DNA of 63,813 nt, the filler included, from Chrysochromulina tobinii (lineage: Eukaryota), in assembly GCA_001275005.1 (NCBI GenBank). It is 8 parts of 8 records of this genome, joined end to end, with 100 filler letters (N's around TTAATTAATTAA, not from the genome) between each part and the next. Parts side by side here need not be neighbours in the genome. Positions count along the whole stretch, not along the records: positions 50,699 to 55,776 come from JWZX01001085.1; positions 55,877 to 61,250 come from JWZX01001087.1; 6 more parts are not named here. One strand, written 5' to 3'. Positions 50,846-61,350 of this stretch are shown here, in pieces. Below the pieces are notes generated by a model. The model saw only the letters and a list, made by a program, of their open reading frames with translations. It ran no database searches and was not told the DNA's origin. Made by a program: the position numbers and the translations under genes. The number at the start of each line of letters is the position of its first letter. Position 1 is the first letter of the stretch.

Positions 50846-53592
50846 TCACAGGTGTCCAGTCCGCTTGGCCAGCAGCTGGACAAGTGTGGCGAAGGCGTCG
50901 TCCGCACCCGTCTCGCCCAAGTAGCTCCGTAACTGTCGAGGTCGCCCAAACAGTCCGTGCTGGAGCGCACTGGTCCAGAGCATTCGCGGCCAGACGGACG
51001 CCATCGCACGGCGCATACTCACCACCTGCGCGTGGCTCAGGTTCCCAATAAGCTCGTGCAGCCGCGGCACGTGCCGCAGCTCCACGCTCAGCGCGACGTG
51101 CTCCCAGCTCACCACGTCCGCAAACGGCGGCACGTCGCCAGTGACAAAGACAGGAATGCATCCGTAGAGCATCGCGGGCAAGTACCTATCCGAATCGCCC
51201 TCATTGGCACCATTGGGGCTGAAGCAAAAGTCGGACGTCGCCATCTGCTGTGGCATCCAGTTGGGCTCGGCGGCGTGCGGGTGGCGCCCGAACTTGCCAG
51301 AGGAGTCGTGCAGCACAAAGCCGGCGCGCCCCGCGTGCGAGCTGAAGAGCACGGCACGCCCACCTGATGAGGGACACAATCAAGGGCGATCCGAGGTCAT
51401 CCGAGGTCATCCGAGGTCATCCGAGGTCATCAGTGCGAGTGGAAGAGCACGGCGCGCCCACCTCCACCTTGGCGCCCGCCAAAGAAGACGCGTGTGGGCC
51501 GGAAAGCGTTGAGCATGCCCTCGCGCTCCACAGCTGAGCGCGTCGTCGTCCATGGCGAGAGCTGCCGAAGCAGCAAGGTCGCTGCGGTGCGGTTCTCGCG
51601 CACCGATTGCGGCATGCCGCAAAACGGCCCACACGTGTGCCCCTCGGGAGTGGGCAGGCGGATGTCGCGACCGCTCTGGAAGTGTGAATGGAATCGCGCG
51701 CCACTGAGCATGATGTATCCAATCGTACGGTTCGCATCCTTGGGAGCAATCGCAGCCGGCACGTCAAAGCCACCACGGACGTCACGCCCGGCATACAGGT
51801 GGCCGTTGAACATGCAGTCGCGCGGCCCATGGTCGCACGGCGAATAGACGAAATGCCGCGCCCCGCCGCCCGTGCGATTCCACCACGGCCACGTACGCGC
51901 CACATGCTCAAACATCGCCACGACGCTAGCCGTGCTGCGCCGGTAGGCCGTGCCTGGCACATCCATATTGGGGATGAAGTACAGGTCCGCACAGTCGCCG
52001 TTGGTCGTGTAGTACGGGCTGCGTCGAAAGAGTTTGTGCACGAAGCCCGTACGCCACTCGAGAACACGTGTGTAGGGCGGCAGCGGGGCTGGGTGCGCGA
52101 AGACGCGCGGGCGCGCGCCATGGCCGCAGGTTGCGTGCTCTGGCTTGGTCGCGGCCGGTCGCAGCGACGTCGTCGTCGCGGCCCCTGCCAGCGTCGAAGC
52201 GGCTACGCTGCGAGCCTCCGCGGCTCCATGCGGAGCTATTCGTTGCATTTCGTCAATGCGAGCCTCCGCGACTCCACGCGGAGCCATTCGTTGCATTTCG
52301 TCAATGCGAGCCTCCGCGACTCCATGCGGAGCTATTCGTTGCATTTCGTCAATGCGAGCCTCCGCGTCTCCATGCGGAGCCATTCGTTGCATTTCGTCAA
52401 GCCACAGATCGGGCCCGCTCGACGCTCCAAGCGTGCAGTTGCGTCCGGCGTTCTCACGCGCGCCACAGAGGACCGTCGCGAGCACGTCACACGATCCATG
52501 GACGGCGTGGATCCATCTGTTGACACCACGCCCGCGCGTGTCGTTCAGGTTGACAGCCTTGTTGGCGCTGCTAAAGAGGCGCCGAAGGTCGCGCCGACTC
52601 ACCGGCTTCGACCAGGCATGGAGCAGGCCCTGGCGCTGCACATACCCGGCATCGCGTAGGTCGGCACAGGTGCACGAGGCCGTCTGGTTGCACACGGTGC
52701 CCGCGAAGATCTCGCCGAAGGCGGCAATGCCGTCGCCGAGTAGCCCGTCGATCTGGCTGAGCAGCTGTGCTGAGAAACGCTCGACGTGCTCCCACTTATG
52801 CGTGGGCGAGCCGGGGAAGGCACGGCGGAAGGCGTCGTTGCTGAAGAGCTCCGGAGCCGACGCGATCTCGCGGTGGGGCATCAGGACGCCGATGTAATCG
52901 GCCGCGGAGGTCGAGTAGTGCACCAGCGGCTCGCGGAGACTGCCAAGAAAGGGCGCGTCCGCCTCAACTACCCAGACGAACTGGGGCAAGTGCGACACAC
53001 TCGCGCCCCTAGATGCGATGCGCACGTTTGCCCGCCGTCGGCGCAGCCATAGGCAAAGCGACGGCTCGTGGGTAAAGTATGAGAGGAGATTGGAGACTGG
53101 TTCCGGTACAGCGCCATCGGGCACGGGGCCATTCCGGGTGAGGTTGCCTTGCGTCTTGAGTCCGCGGTGAACGTATCTCAGCCACTCGACAGTGCTCGCC
53201 GGATACTTGCTCGTGGCGTGAAAGGCGCGGTCTCCTGGAATCGGCCACGGCCTCACGGCGGGCCACGTCTCCAGCACATCGAGCACTGTGTAGGCCATAA
53301 CCGAGACACCCGGAAGCTGTGCGGCTAGCGAGGTCTCGTGCGCATCGGCAAAAGTTCGCACTGAGGCCGCGGGAGCCTCGGGCGCCCACAGGCTCAGATC
53401 TGTGAGCACAGTCAGATCTGCAACTCCCGCAGTCTCCCGGCGCAGCAAGTTGATGGTGGAGCGGCTGCAAGCGTCAAGTTGCGAGCCCGAGAAGCGGAAA
53501 ATCAGCTCCGTCGTAGAGGCCATGGTCGAGTCTGACGCCAGCACTGGCCGCACGCCGCGCGCGGTCGCGATTCGCATCATGCAGCTCGTCAT
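50846..53592 (-). CDS. Exostosin-like (GT47) glycosyltransferase fused to an N-terminal putative GT-like domain, 2 exons
   Basis: SPYYTTNGDCADLYFIP, WPWWNRTGGGARHF..SPCDHG, MATSDFCFSPNG, AMLYGCIPV and PPFADVVSW. Intron 51364-51461. The N-terminal domain has FVWVVEADAPFLG. Confidence 0.85.
52209..52399 (-). repeat. 48-bp coding tandem repeat x4 (DEMQRIAPHGVAEARI) in the inter-domain linker
   Basis: Visible in both DNA and translation. Confidence 0.92.
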
Positions 53593-53717
53593 GGTGGGAT
53601 CTTGAGTTTACAAAATCGTGGGAGGGTCACCACATGAGGGCCGCCGCGGAATTCCGCCCAAAACGACGCTTTCTTAATTGATTGAACAGAAGAAATCCCA
53701 TAAAATACCTCGCCCGC

Positions 53718-54617
53718 TCACCCTGTCGCCCACCCGTCGGACACACGCGTGAGCGTGAGGGAGTAGTCGCTGATCGAGACCGAGCTGCCGCCCGCCGCAA
53801 AATACAGCGGAGCCTGTGGGTTGAGGAACTCGACGAGGCGCACGCGACCGACTGCGTTGTCGCGGCCGGTGGGCGCAAGGCTCAAGAGCACCTCCGAGTC
53901 GACGGTGAGCGGCGGGAAGTCGCGCGTGTCGCCGGCGACCTTTCGACGCGCGAGGATGGTCCTCATGATATCAGAGGAGATGAACACACCCTCGGCTTGC
54001 GGCGGTGCGGCGAGCGCCACCTTGACCGAATTGACAAACTGCTTCTGCACGATGGGCCCGTTGAAGTCCACAAATGTGCATGCGATCCCAGGCGCGTCCA
54101 CGCCGGCCTCGGCACACGTCGTCGAGCTCCGCACGACTTGGCGTCCAGCAAAAGCATCAAGGCGGCTGCGGGCGTTGAAGGCCCTGTCCTCGATCGCACC
54201 GCCATCGGGCGCCACGGCCCAGCGCAGCTCGAGCGCCACGGGCTTATCAATTTGTGCGCGGGTCTGCGCTGCGGAAGCTTCGGCTTCGGCAAGGGGACGG
54301 CCTGCCGCGCCGATGTACTGCACGCCCAGCGGCGTGCTGTAGCGCTGCAGCGTCTGCTCGGCTTGCCAACGACCAGCGAGCCATGAAGGCAAGCGCGGCT
54401 CCTTCCCCGCCATCGGTGCGATGCTCGACTGCTTGACGAGCGGAGCGTCCAGACGCGAACACAGCTCGCCGAACAAATCGGCGGCAACTGAAGGTTCGCT
54501 GAAGCGGAGCACCGCAGCGAGCGAGGTGCCGCCGTAGAGCACCGCACGTCGGCTAGAGACGGGCGTAGTCAGCGCCACGACGCTGCATGCGACGAATATC
54601 AAACAGCGCATCAACAT
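53718..54617 (-). CDS. Probable thylakoid-lumen protein (signal peptide plus twin-Arg Tat peptide), DUF6816-like
   Basis: Tripartite targeting MLMRCLIFVACSVVAL-TTPVSSRRAVL...SVAA. The motifs LPSWLAGRWQ and DRAFNA resemble a cyanobacterial/algal family. Confidence 0.6.
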   Translation of the reverse strand: MLMRCLIFVACSVVALTTPVSSRRAVLYGGTSLAAVLRFSEPSVAADLFGELCSRLDAPLVKQSSIAPMAGKEPRLPSWLAGRWQAEQTLQRYSTPLGVQYIGAAGRPLAEAEASAAQTRAQIDKPVALELRWAVAPDGGAIEDRAFNARSRLDAFAGRQVVRSSTTCAEAGVDAPGIACTFVDFNGPIVQKQFVNSVKVALAAPPQAEGVFISSDIMRTILARRKVAGDTRDFPPLTVDSEVLLSLAPTGRDNAVGRVRLVEFLNPQAPLYFAAGGSSVSISDYSLTLTRVSDGWATG

Positions 54618-54831
54618 CTTGCCGCGTTGATACGGTCGATGAGCAGTGCGGCGACTGCGAGAGTACACGGCTTGGGTACTTTTTTGCACAGAGAGGCCGA
54701 AGTTTGGATTGTCCACGCGCCGTCGTGAGCGATAATGAATATAGCTAACTCCTGCTGCCCCTTGTGTCGCAGGAGACGCTCACCACCTACACACGAAAAC
54801 ACGGATCAGCGTCGCTCCTCATGAGATAGCA

Positions 54832-55089
54832 CCGCCCGCATCAGGCTTTATGGTATGGTAGAGATCCCCGCCGTCGGGCACGTAGAATCGTAGATAGAGG
54901 CTCTCCGACAGCGGCACGCACATCTCCCCACCCCCAGGTCAGCGCCGCCCGCATCAGGCTTTATGGTATGGTAGAGATCCCCGCCGTCGGGCACGTAAAG
55001 GCTCTCCGACAGCGGCACGCACATCTCCCCACCCCCAGGTCAGCGCCGCCCGCATCAGGCTTTATGGTATGGTAGAGATCCCCGCCGTC
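54832..55089. repeat. ~101-113-bp tandem duplication x2.4 immediately 3' of the RNA ligase gene
   Basis: ccgcccgcatcaggctttatggtatggtagagatccccgccgtc occurs at 54832, 54945 and 55046. Confidence 0.9.
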
Positions 55090-55776
55090 TACAATGAGAT
55101 TACGGTCCCAGCCTCGTCCTCCACGGCCTCTTCCTCCTCCGCCGGCTCGTCCCACTGCTCCGGTCGGATCCCATTCGTTATCGGCTCCTTGCTGAGCCAG
55201 TGCCCGTCCGCACAGCCTTGGATGAAGTCGGGGCGCACGATCTTGCCGCGCACGCAGTTCGTCGTGCCACCCTCGTCCGCCGGCGCGTCGATCCGCAGGT
55301 AAGCCCCCTCGACGAGCCCATCCCCATAGGCGGAGTGCTCGTCGAGGAGGGCGAGGAGCTCGTGGGCCGAGTGGAAGCGCCGACGCGCAATCTGTCGCAC
55401 GATCGGGATCCCGAGTCCACGCAACCGTCGGTTGCGCTCGGCAACCGACGCGAACGTGCGCGTGCGCTTGTTGTAGATGTCGAAGGCAATAAGGGGGCCG
55501 GGCAGTCGCGAGTACGGCACCGAGTGCTGGAGCGCGCACCACTCTCCGAAGAGGACCTCGACCTCGGGCTCGAGTAGCTGGCACAGGGCCCAGCTATGCT
55601 CTTCGAGCCAGGCATCGAGAGAGCGCCACTGTGCATGGCTCGCACTCGTGACAAAGTGCGCTCGGTTCTGGCAGCGCACTTCGTAGTCTTTCGTCAGGCT
55701 GAAGCCAAGATTGGCGCCATCCACCTTCTCCTCGGCCACCACGGTGACACTCCCGTCATGAAAGCGGCGTGCGTCC
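55089..55776 (-). CDS. ATP-dependent RNA ligase domain (PF09414/Rnl2-like nucleotidyltransferase); 5' partial
   Basis: Motif I EEKVDGAN, Ia QNR, III LFGEW, IIIa AFDIY, IV EGAYLR and V GKIVRPDF. Confidence 0.85.
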
Positions 55777-55876
55777 NNNNNNNNNNNNNNNNNNNNNNNN
55801 NNNNNNNNNNNNNNNNNNNNTTAATTAATTAANNNNNNNNNNNNNNNNNNNNNNNNNNNNNNNNNNNNNNNNNNNN
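55777..55876. other. Artificial contig linker
   Basis: N-TTAATTAATTAA-N. Confidence 0.97.
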
Positions 55877-58800
55877 ACCTCGCCGACATGAGGCGGCGGG
55901 GGACGTGGGGGGATGAGGCGACCCTGCTCGCCCTGTCGGTGCTCTTTCAGGTCGAGATCTGCGTAATCTCGTCGTCTTCCGCGACTGGCTGCCGCGTGAT
56001 CAAGCCGCCCGATCTGTGGAAGGTCGAGATGCGCACGACGTGTGCTCTCCACGTGGGCCACCTCGCCGAGGTCCATTACGTGAGCACTCGGCTGGTGACG
56101 GGCGAGGCGGCGGCAGCGGCGAGTACGGAAGAGGATGCGGACGCCATGGCGGAGGGACTGGCGCAGCAGAGCGAGCGGGAGCTGTGGCAGGCGGCCGAGC
56201 ACGAGCAGCGGCTGGTTGCGATGATGTGCCACCCATATCAGCTCGAGGAGGCGGTGTTCGCAGAGGAGGATATGATGGAAGGGCAGTTTGAGGAAGGCGG
56301 CGACGACGAGGAGGAGGGCGAGGAGGCTTGGGCGGCGACGCCGACCCAAATCCCGACCAAGATCCCGCGCTTCCACTCACCAGTGCCGCCGGGCGGGCGC
56401 GTGGGCACCCACACGCGCTTCGATGTCGAAGGCGAGCTGCCGGGTGCCTTTGGCGAGGTGGGCGTGCTCTCGTGCTTCAAGGGCTCACCTCCGTCGACGG
56501 TGCGTGCCTTTGGCGAGGTGGGCGTGCTCTCGTGCTCCAAGGGTCCACCTCCGTCGATCCCGGCCCGAATCCCGACCACGATCGAGCGCTGCGCGTCGCC
56601 AGTGCCGCCGGGCGGGCGCGTGGGCAAACACAACCGCTTCGTTGAGGAAGGAGACTTGCTGGTCCCGTCGGCCGTTGCGAAAGTCCTTTGCGACAGCGAG
56701 GACGGAGACGTGGAGGCGGTGGAGGTGGAGGCGGTTGTGTTGGAAGAGGCGATGGAGGTGGAGGCGGCCGAGCTGGAGGCGTCCGAGGTGGCGGTCGACT
56801 TGCTGGACGTGATCGGCTCGATGCGTGCGCCGCCCAGCGCCAGTGACCGCATCGATGCGCAGATGCAAGATGCCGAGGTCGTCTTGGGCGGCGTCGAAGC
56901 CGCAGCGGGCGTTGTCGAAGCCGTAGCGGCCATCGCGCCCGATTTTGTGGCCATCGCAGAGACGCCCGCTGAGGCGCAGGAGTGGGAGTTGGAGCAGGAG
57001 TGGGGGTGGGTCGAGCATTTGCTGACGCCCGGCGCCTTCCCCGAGGAGGAGGCAGAGGCGCTACCGTTGAGCGAGGCCGTGCCAGAGCCCGAGGCGGCGG
57101 CGGACACGGTGGCGGCGACGAAGGTGGCCAAGCTGCGCGTGTCGCTTGTTTGCCGCGGCCTCGGCAAGGGCGGCAAGAAGGAGATCCTTGCCGAACGGCT
57201 GCCCGCGCCCGCAGAGGAGGAGCCAGCAGCAGCGGCAGCATCATCGATGGCTGCCGCGGGAGCTGTCGAAGCCGCAGCGGCCTTCGCGACCGGGTCTGCG
57301 GTACTCACTGAGCTTGTCCTCGCTGCAGAGCGCATGGAAGGGCCGGCACGAATGGATGCCGACGTGGTTGAGGGGCTGGCGCTCGTCGCTGAGGAGCCCG
57401 CGGCGGCAAAGGCAGCGACAGCGGCGCCGTGGGCCGAGGTGAGACCGCTCACAGCAGACGAGGCCGCCACGCTCATAAGCTTGCACGGTGCGTTCATCGC
57501 TAAGACAGTGGCTGCGCCCGAATTGGAGGAGCCCTTGGCGAGTGAGGCGGCGGAGGTGGCGAGCATGGAAGGGTCGCGGCCGCTCACTGCAGCCGAGGAC
57601 AGGGCGACCGCGGCGGAGAACATGCGGCTGCAGCGGCAGCAGGCAGCAGACGAGGCCAGGGCGACCGCGGCGGCCGAGGGGCTCGAGCTCGTGCCGTCGC
57701 CGAGCAGTAAGACGGGCTTCAAGGGCGTCTGCCGGCTCCGTCGTAGGTTTGTGGCGAAGATTTCCGAGAACGGCACGATTCGCTTCCTCGGCCTCTTCGC
57801 GACGCCGGAGGAGGCGGCCTTGTGCTACGCGAGGCAAGTTGGGGCTGAGCGAGCTGCGACACGGGCGGCAGAGATGAGGATCGCTGTACAGAATCTGCTA
57901 AGTACGGCAGACGAGGCCATAGCAGCCGCGGCGGTCGAGGGGCTCGCGCTCGTGCGGTCATCAAAAAACCGGACGGGCTTCATGTGCGTGCACAAGAGAG
58001 GTCGAATCTACACGGCGGAGGTCCGGGAGAATAACAAGCGGCGCAGCCTCGGCAACTTCGCGACGCGAGAGGCGGCGGCCTTGTGCTACGCGAGGTACAT
58101 CGGGCCTGAGCGAGCGGCGGCAGAGGCGCTCGCGGAGGCGGCGCCGCAGGCCGAAATCGATCCGTTGGACGAGGCCTTGCCGGCGACAGAAGCATCGGCA
58201 GCGGCGAGGGTCACTGTGACTCAGCCGTTCACAGCAGCCGAGGCCAAGGCTGCCGCGGCGGCCGAGGTGAGGTCGCTCACAGCAGACGAGGCCACCACGC
58301 TCATAAGCGTGCACGGTGCGCTCGTCGCTGAGACGGTGGCTGCGCCCGAATTGGAGGAGCCCGTGGCGAGTGAGGTGACGGCAGAGGCGAGCATGAAAGG
58401 GCCGGCACGAATGGATGCCGACGTGGCTGAGGGGCTGGCGCAGCAGAGGGTGCCGGAGCTGTGGTTGGCGGCCGGCTTCGAGCAGTGGCTGGTTACGAAC
58501 GTGTGCCACCCGGTGTGGCAGCTCGAGGTGGGTGCGCCCGAAGAGGAGGAGCCCGCGACGGCCGAAGAGGAGGAGCCCGCGGAGGATCAAGGGGCCGCAG
58601 CAGCGGCGAGAATGGAAGGACCATCACGGCTGCTCGCAGCTGAGAACGCTGCGGATATGGATATAGCGGCTGCTATCACGGCCGCTCCCATCGCCCTCGA
58701 CTCTGCCTTTGCCGTGATGGAGGCGGCCGGGGAGAAGGTGGAGGCGACAGCGGCCAAAAATCCTAAGGCCGCGATGTTGTTGTGGACACGGGTGCTCGGT

Positions 58801-61250
58801 GCGCTCGTCGATGGGGGGCTGCCCGCCGAGGCCAGGGCGGCCGATGAGGCGATGACTGTGGCTGAGATGCGCGAGTTGCTCGCGAGCCGCGGCCTCAACA
58901 GGAGTGGTAACAGGGTGGCCCTTGCCAATCGGCTGCTCGGTGCGCTCGTCGCTGCGGCGGTGGCTGCACCCGAAGAGGAGGAGCCCGCGACGACAGCACC
59001 CGAAGAGGAGGAGCCCACGACGACAGGGGCATCGGCAGCGGCGAGGATTGAAGGGTCACGGCCGCTCACAGCAGACGAGGCTCGGGCGGCCGCAGTGGCC
59101 GAGAGGCTCGAGCTCGTGCCGTCGTCGGCTTCGAATTGTGATGTGTCGGCTAAGCTGCTGGCGCTGCACGACGGCATCAACGAACTCGACGAGGAAGCCG
59201 AGGAGCACCTGCCACGGCTGCTCACAGCTGAGCACGAGGCCGCGGCAGCTGTTGGGCTTGTGCTCGTACCGTCGTCGTGCAACGAGACGGGCTTCAAAGG
59301 CGTGACCAAGTCTTACTACAAGGGCGTGATCAGGTACCAGGCGCACATCTGGGACACCGAGCGGCGCTTGATGCGCTACTTGGGCTCCTTTGCGAGAGCG
59401 GAAGACGCGGCCGTGTGCTATTCGAGGCACATCGGGGCGGAGCGAGCGGCGGCAGAGGCAGCGGAGGCGTTGATCGCAGGGTCGCGGCCGCCCACAGCGG
59501 ACGAGGCCAGGGGGGCCGCGGCAGCTGTTGGGCTTGTGCTCGTGCCGTCGTCGTGCAACGAGACGGGCTTCAAAGGCGTGACCAAGTCTTACTACAAGGG
59601 CGTGATCAAGTACCACGCGCGAATCTGGGACACCGAGCGGCGCTCGATGCGCTACTTGGGCTCCTTTGCGAGAGCGGAAGACGCGGCCATGTGCTATTCG
59701 AGGCACATCGGGGCGGAGCGAGCGGCGGCAGAGGCAGCGGAGGCGTTGATCGCAGGGTCGCGGCCGCCCACAGCGGACGAGGCCAGGGGGGCCGCGGTGG
59801 CCGAGGGGCTCGAGCTCGTGCCGTCGTCGTGCAACGAGACGGGCTTCAAAGGCGTGACCAAGTTTTACTACAAGGGCGTGATCAAGTACCAGGCGCAAAT
59901 CTGGGACACTGAGCGGGGCTCGACGCGCTTCTTGGGCTCCTTTGCGAGAGCGGAAGACGCGGCCATGTGCGCGGCGGATGCGCTTAGTAGACGGGTGGTG
60001 GGTTATGGATACGGGAAGAGGCTCCTGCAAGAATACAAGTTGACAGCGATGCAACCGCCCAAGCCAAGGGTGGCCAGGTTGGCGGGCTCATCTTCATTGC
60101 GCGCCATGCTTGGCGTGGAGGCCGAAGCCGGCCATGAATTCCCTGTGGGATCGTGGCTGGAGGTGCGATCCCGTGCTCATGGGAACCGCCACCCCCAATT
60201 CGAGCGCGTGCGCGTGTACGAGTCGGACGACTCCAAGACACTGCGCATCGAAATGGCAGGCGAGCTCCTCTTTATCGCTCGTGAGGAGTGGGAGGTTTGG
60301 CGCGCCCCGGCGCTCCCACCCGCCCCGCTCGCGTTCGGCGCCGCCTGCACCGGCCAGGTGCCCGACGCCGCCGCCCTTGCCAGCCACCTCTCGGCGGCAA
60401 TCCCGGGGGTGGACTGGACGGACCTTGCCGCGAGTATCGTCGGCGACACCGCCAGCACCACCGCGGACCCGCCAGCGCCCACAGCTGCTGCGGCCGCCCT
60501 GCCGGCCGTGCGCTTCGACCGGGCGCAGCTCACCGCGCCCAAAGTGGCCGACTGGCTGGACGTGGTGCTCCGGGAGCCACCGGTCAGTGGCGAACCGCAT
60601 CCGTGGCAGCTCGCCCTTCACGAGAGGCTGATTGGCTGCGACGAGCGTACCTTCAAACGTCCGGGGATGCAGGGCCTCAAGAACTTTTTGCGCTGGGGTG
60701 GGCCCCTGCCGCCCATGGGACTGCATGTACTGAACGAGCGCCGAGAGGACCGCAGAAGGCGTGGCGTGGCGACGGTCGCCGCGGTCGTGCGGGGCCAAGC
60801 AGGCCTCGTGCCCTGGCGCGACGGCGAGCTCGAGCGGCGCCTGCAACTCGCCGAGTGGCCGGAGCGGCCCCGGCCGCCCACCAAGCTACCACCCCTCGCC
60901 CTGCAGCTCGACGTTGTCCCAGGGGGCGCGTGGGGCAACCGTCTCGCCTACTCGATCGACCGCAACTGGAGGATTCGTGGCTCGAGGTGCACGTACGACT
61001 TGGCCACCTTCCATGTGGTGCCCCTGGTGTGGCAAAGCCCCGCCGGACTCGACCAGGACAAGGTCTTCACCGTCGTCTATACGCGGGCGCGCTGGACGCC
61101 CGACACAGACGCGCGCCGTGCTTACGCCGCCGTCACCATAGCCGCCGCCATGGCCGATGACGCCCACCCCCTGCGTTTGACACTCCTCGATCGACTGAGC
61201 CATGGAGGGGATGCAGATCGTGATCGTGGTCGTGATGAGCTCGATCTCGA
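55877..61250 (+). CDS. Giant ORF: C-terminal half of an OTU protease, two SAP-like motifs, five AP2/ERF-like DNA-binding repeats and an unknown C-terminal domain (partial at both ends)
   Basis: OTU: GTWGDEATLLALS..FQVEICV...HLAEVHYVS. SAP: VAKLRVSLVCRGLGKGGKKEILAERL and VAEMRELLASRGLNRSGNRVALANRL. AP2-like: TGFKGV...LG.FAT/RAE.AA.CY x5. Confidence 0.75.
59242..59970 (+). repeat. 276-bp near-identical tandem repeat x~2.6 encoding AP2-like domains
   Basis: Units start at ~59242, 59518 and 59794. The third is truncated after AAMC. Confidence 0.9.
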
Positions 61251-61350
61251 NNNNNNNNNNNNNNNNNNNNNNNNNNNNNNNNNNNNNNNNNNNNTTAATT
61301 AATTAANNNNNNNNNNNNNNNNNNNNNNNNNNNNNNNNNNNNNNNNNNNN
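61251..61350. other. Artificial contig linker
   Basis: N-TTAATTAATTAA-N. Confidence 0.97.

Noticed and set aside
54832..55089. CRISPR-like repeat-spacer array
   Set aside because: The spacers are copies of each other, there are no cas genes, and the context is eukaryotic. The same applies to 10121-10190, 10931-11055 and 21576-21697.
59971..59994. ADALSR peptide resembling the end of a retroelement RNase H
   Set aside because: It is an isolated hexapeptide without the upstream DAS/E/D residues, so it is probably chance.
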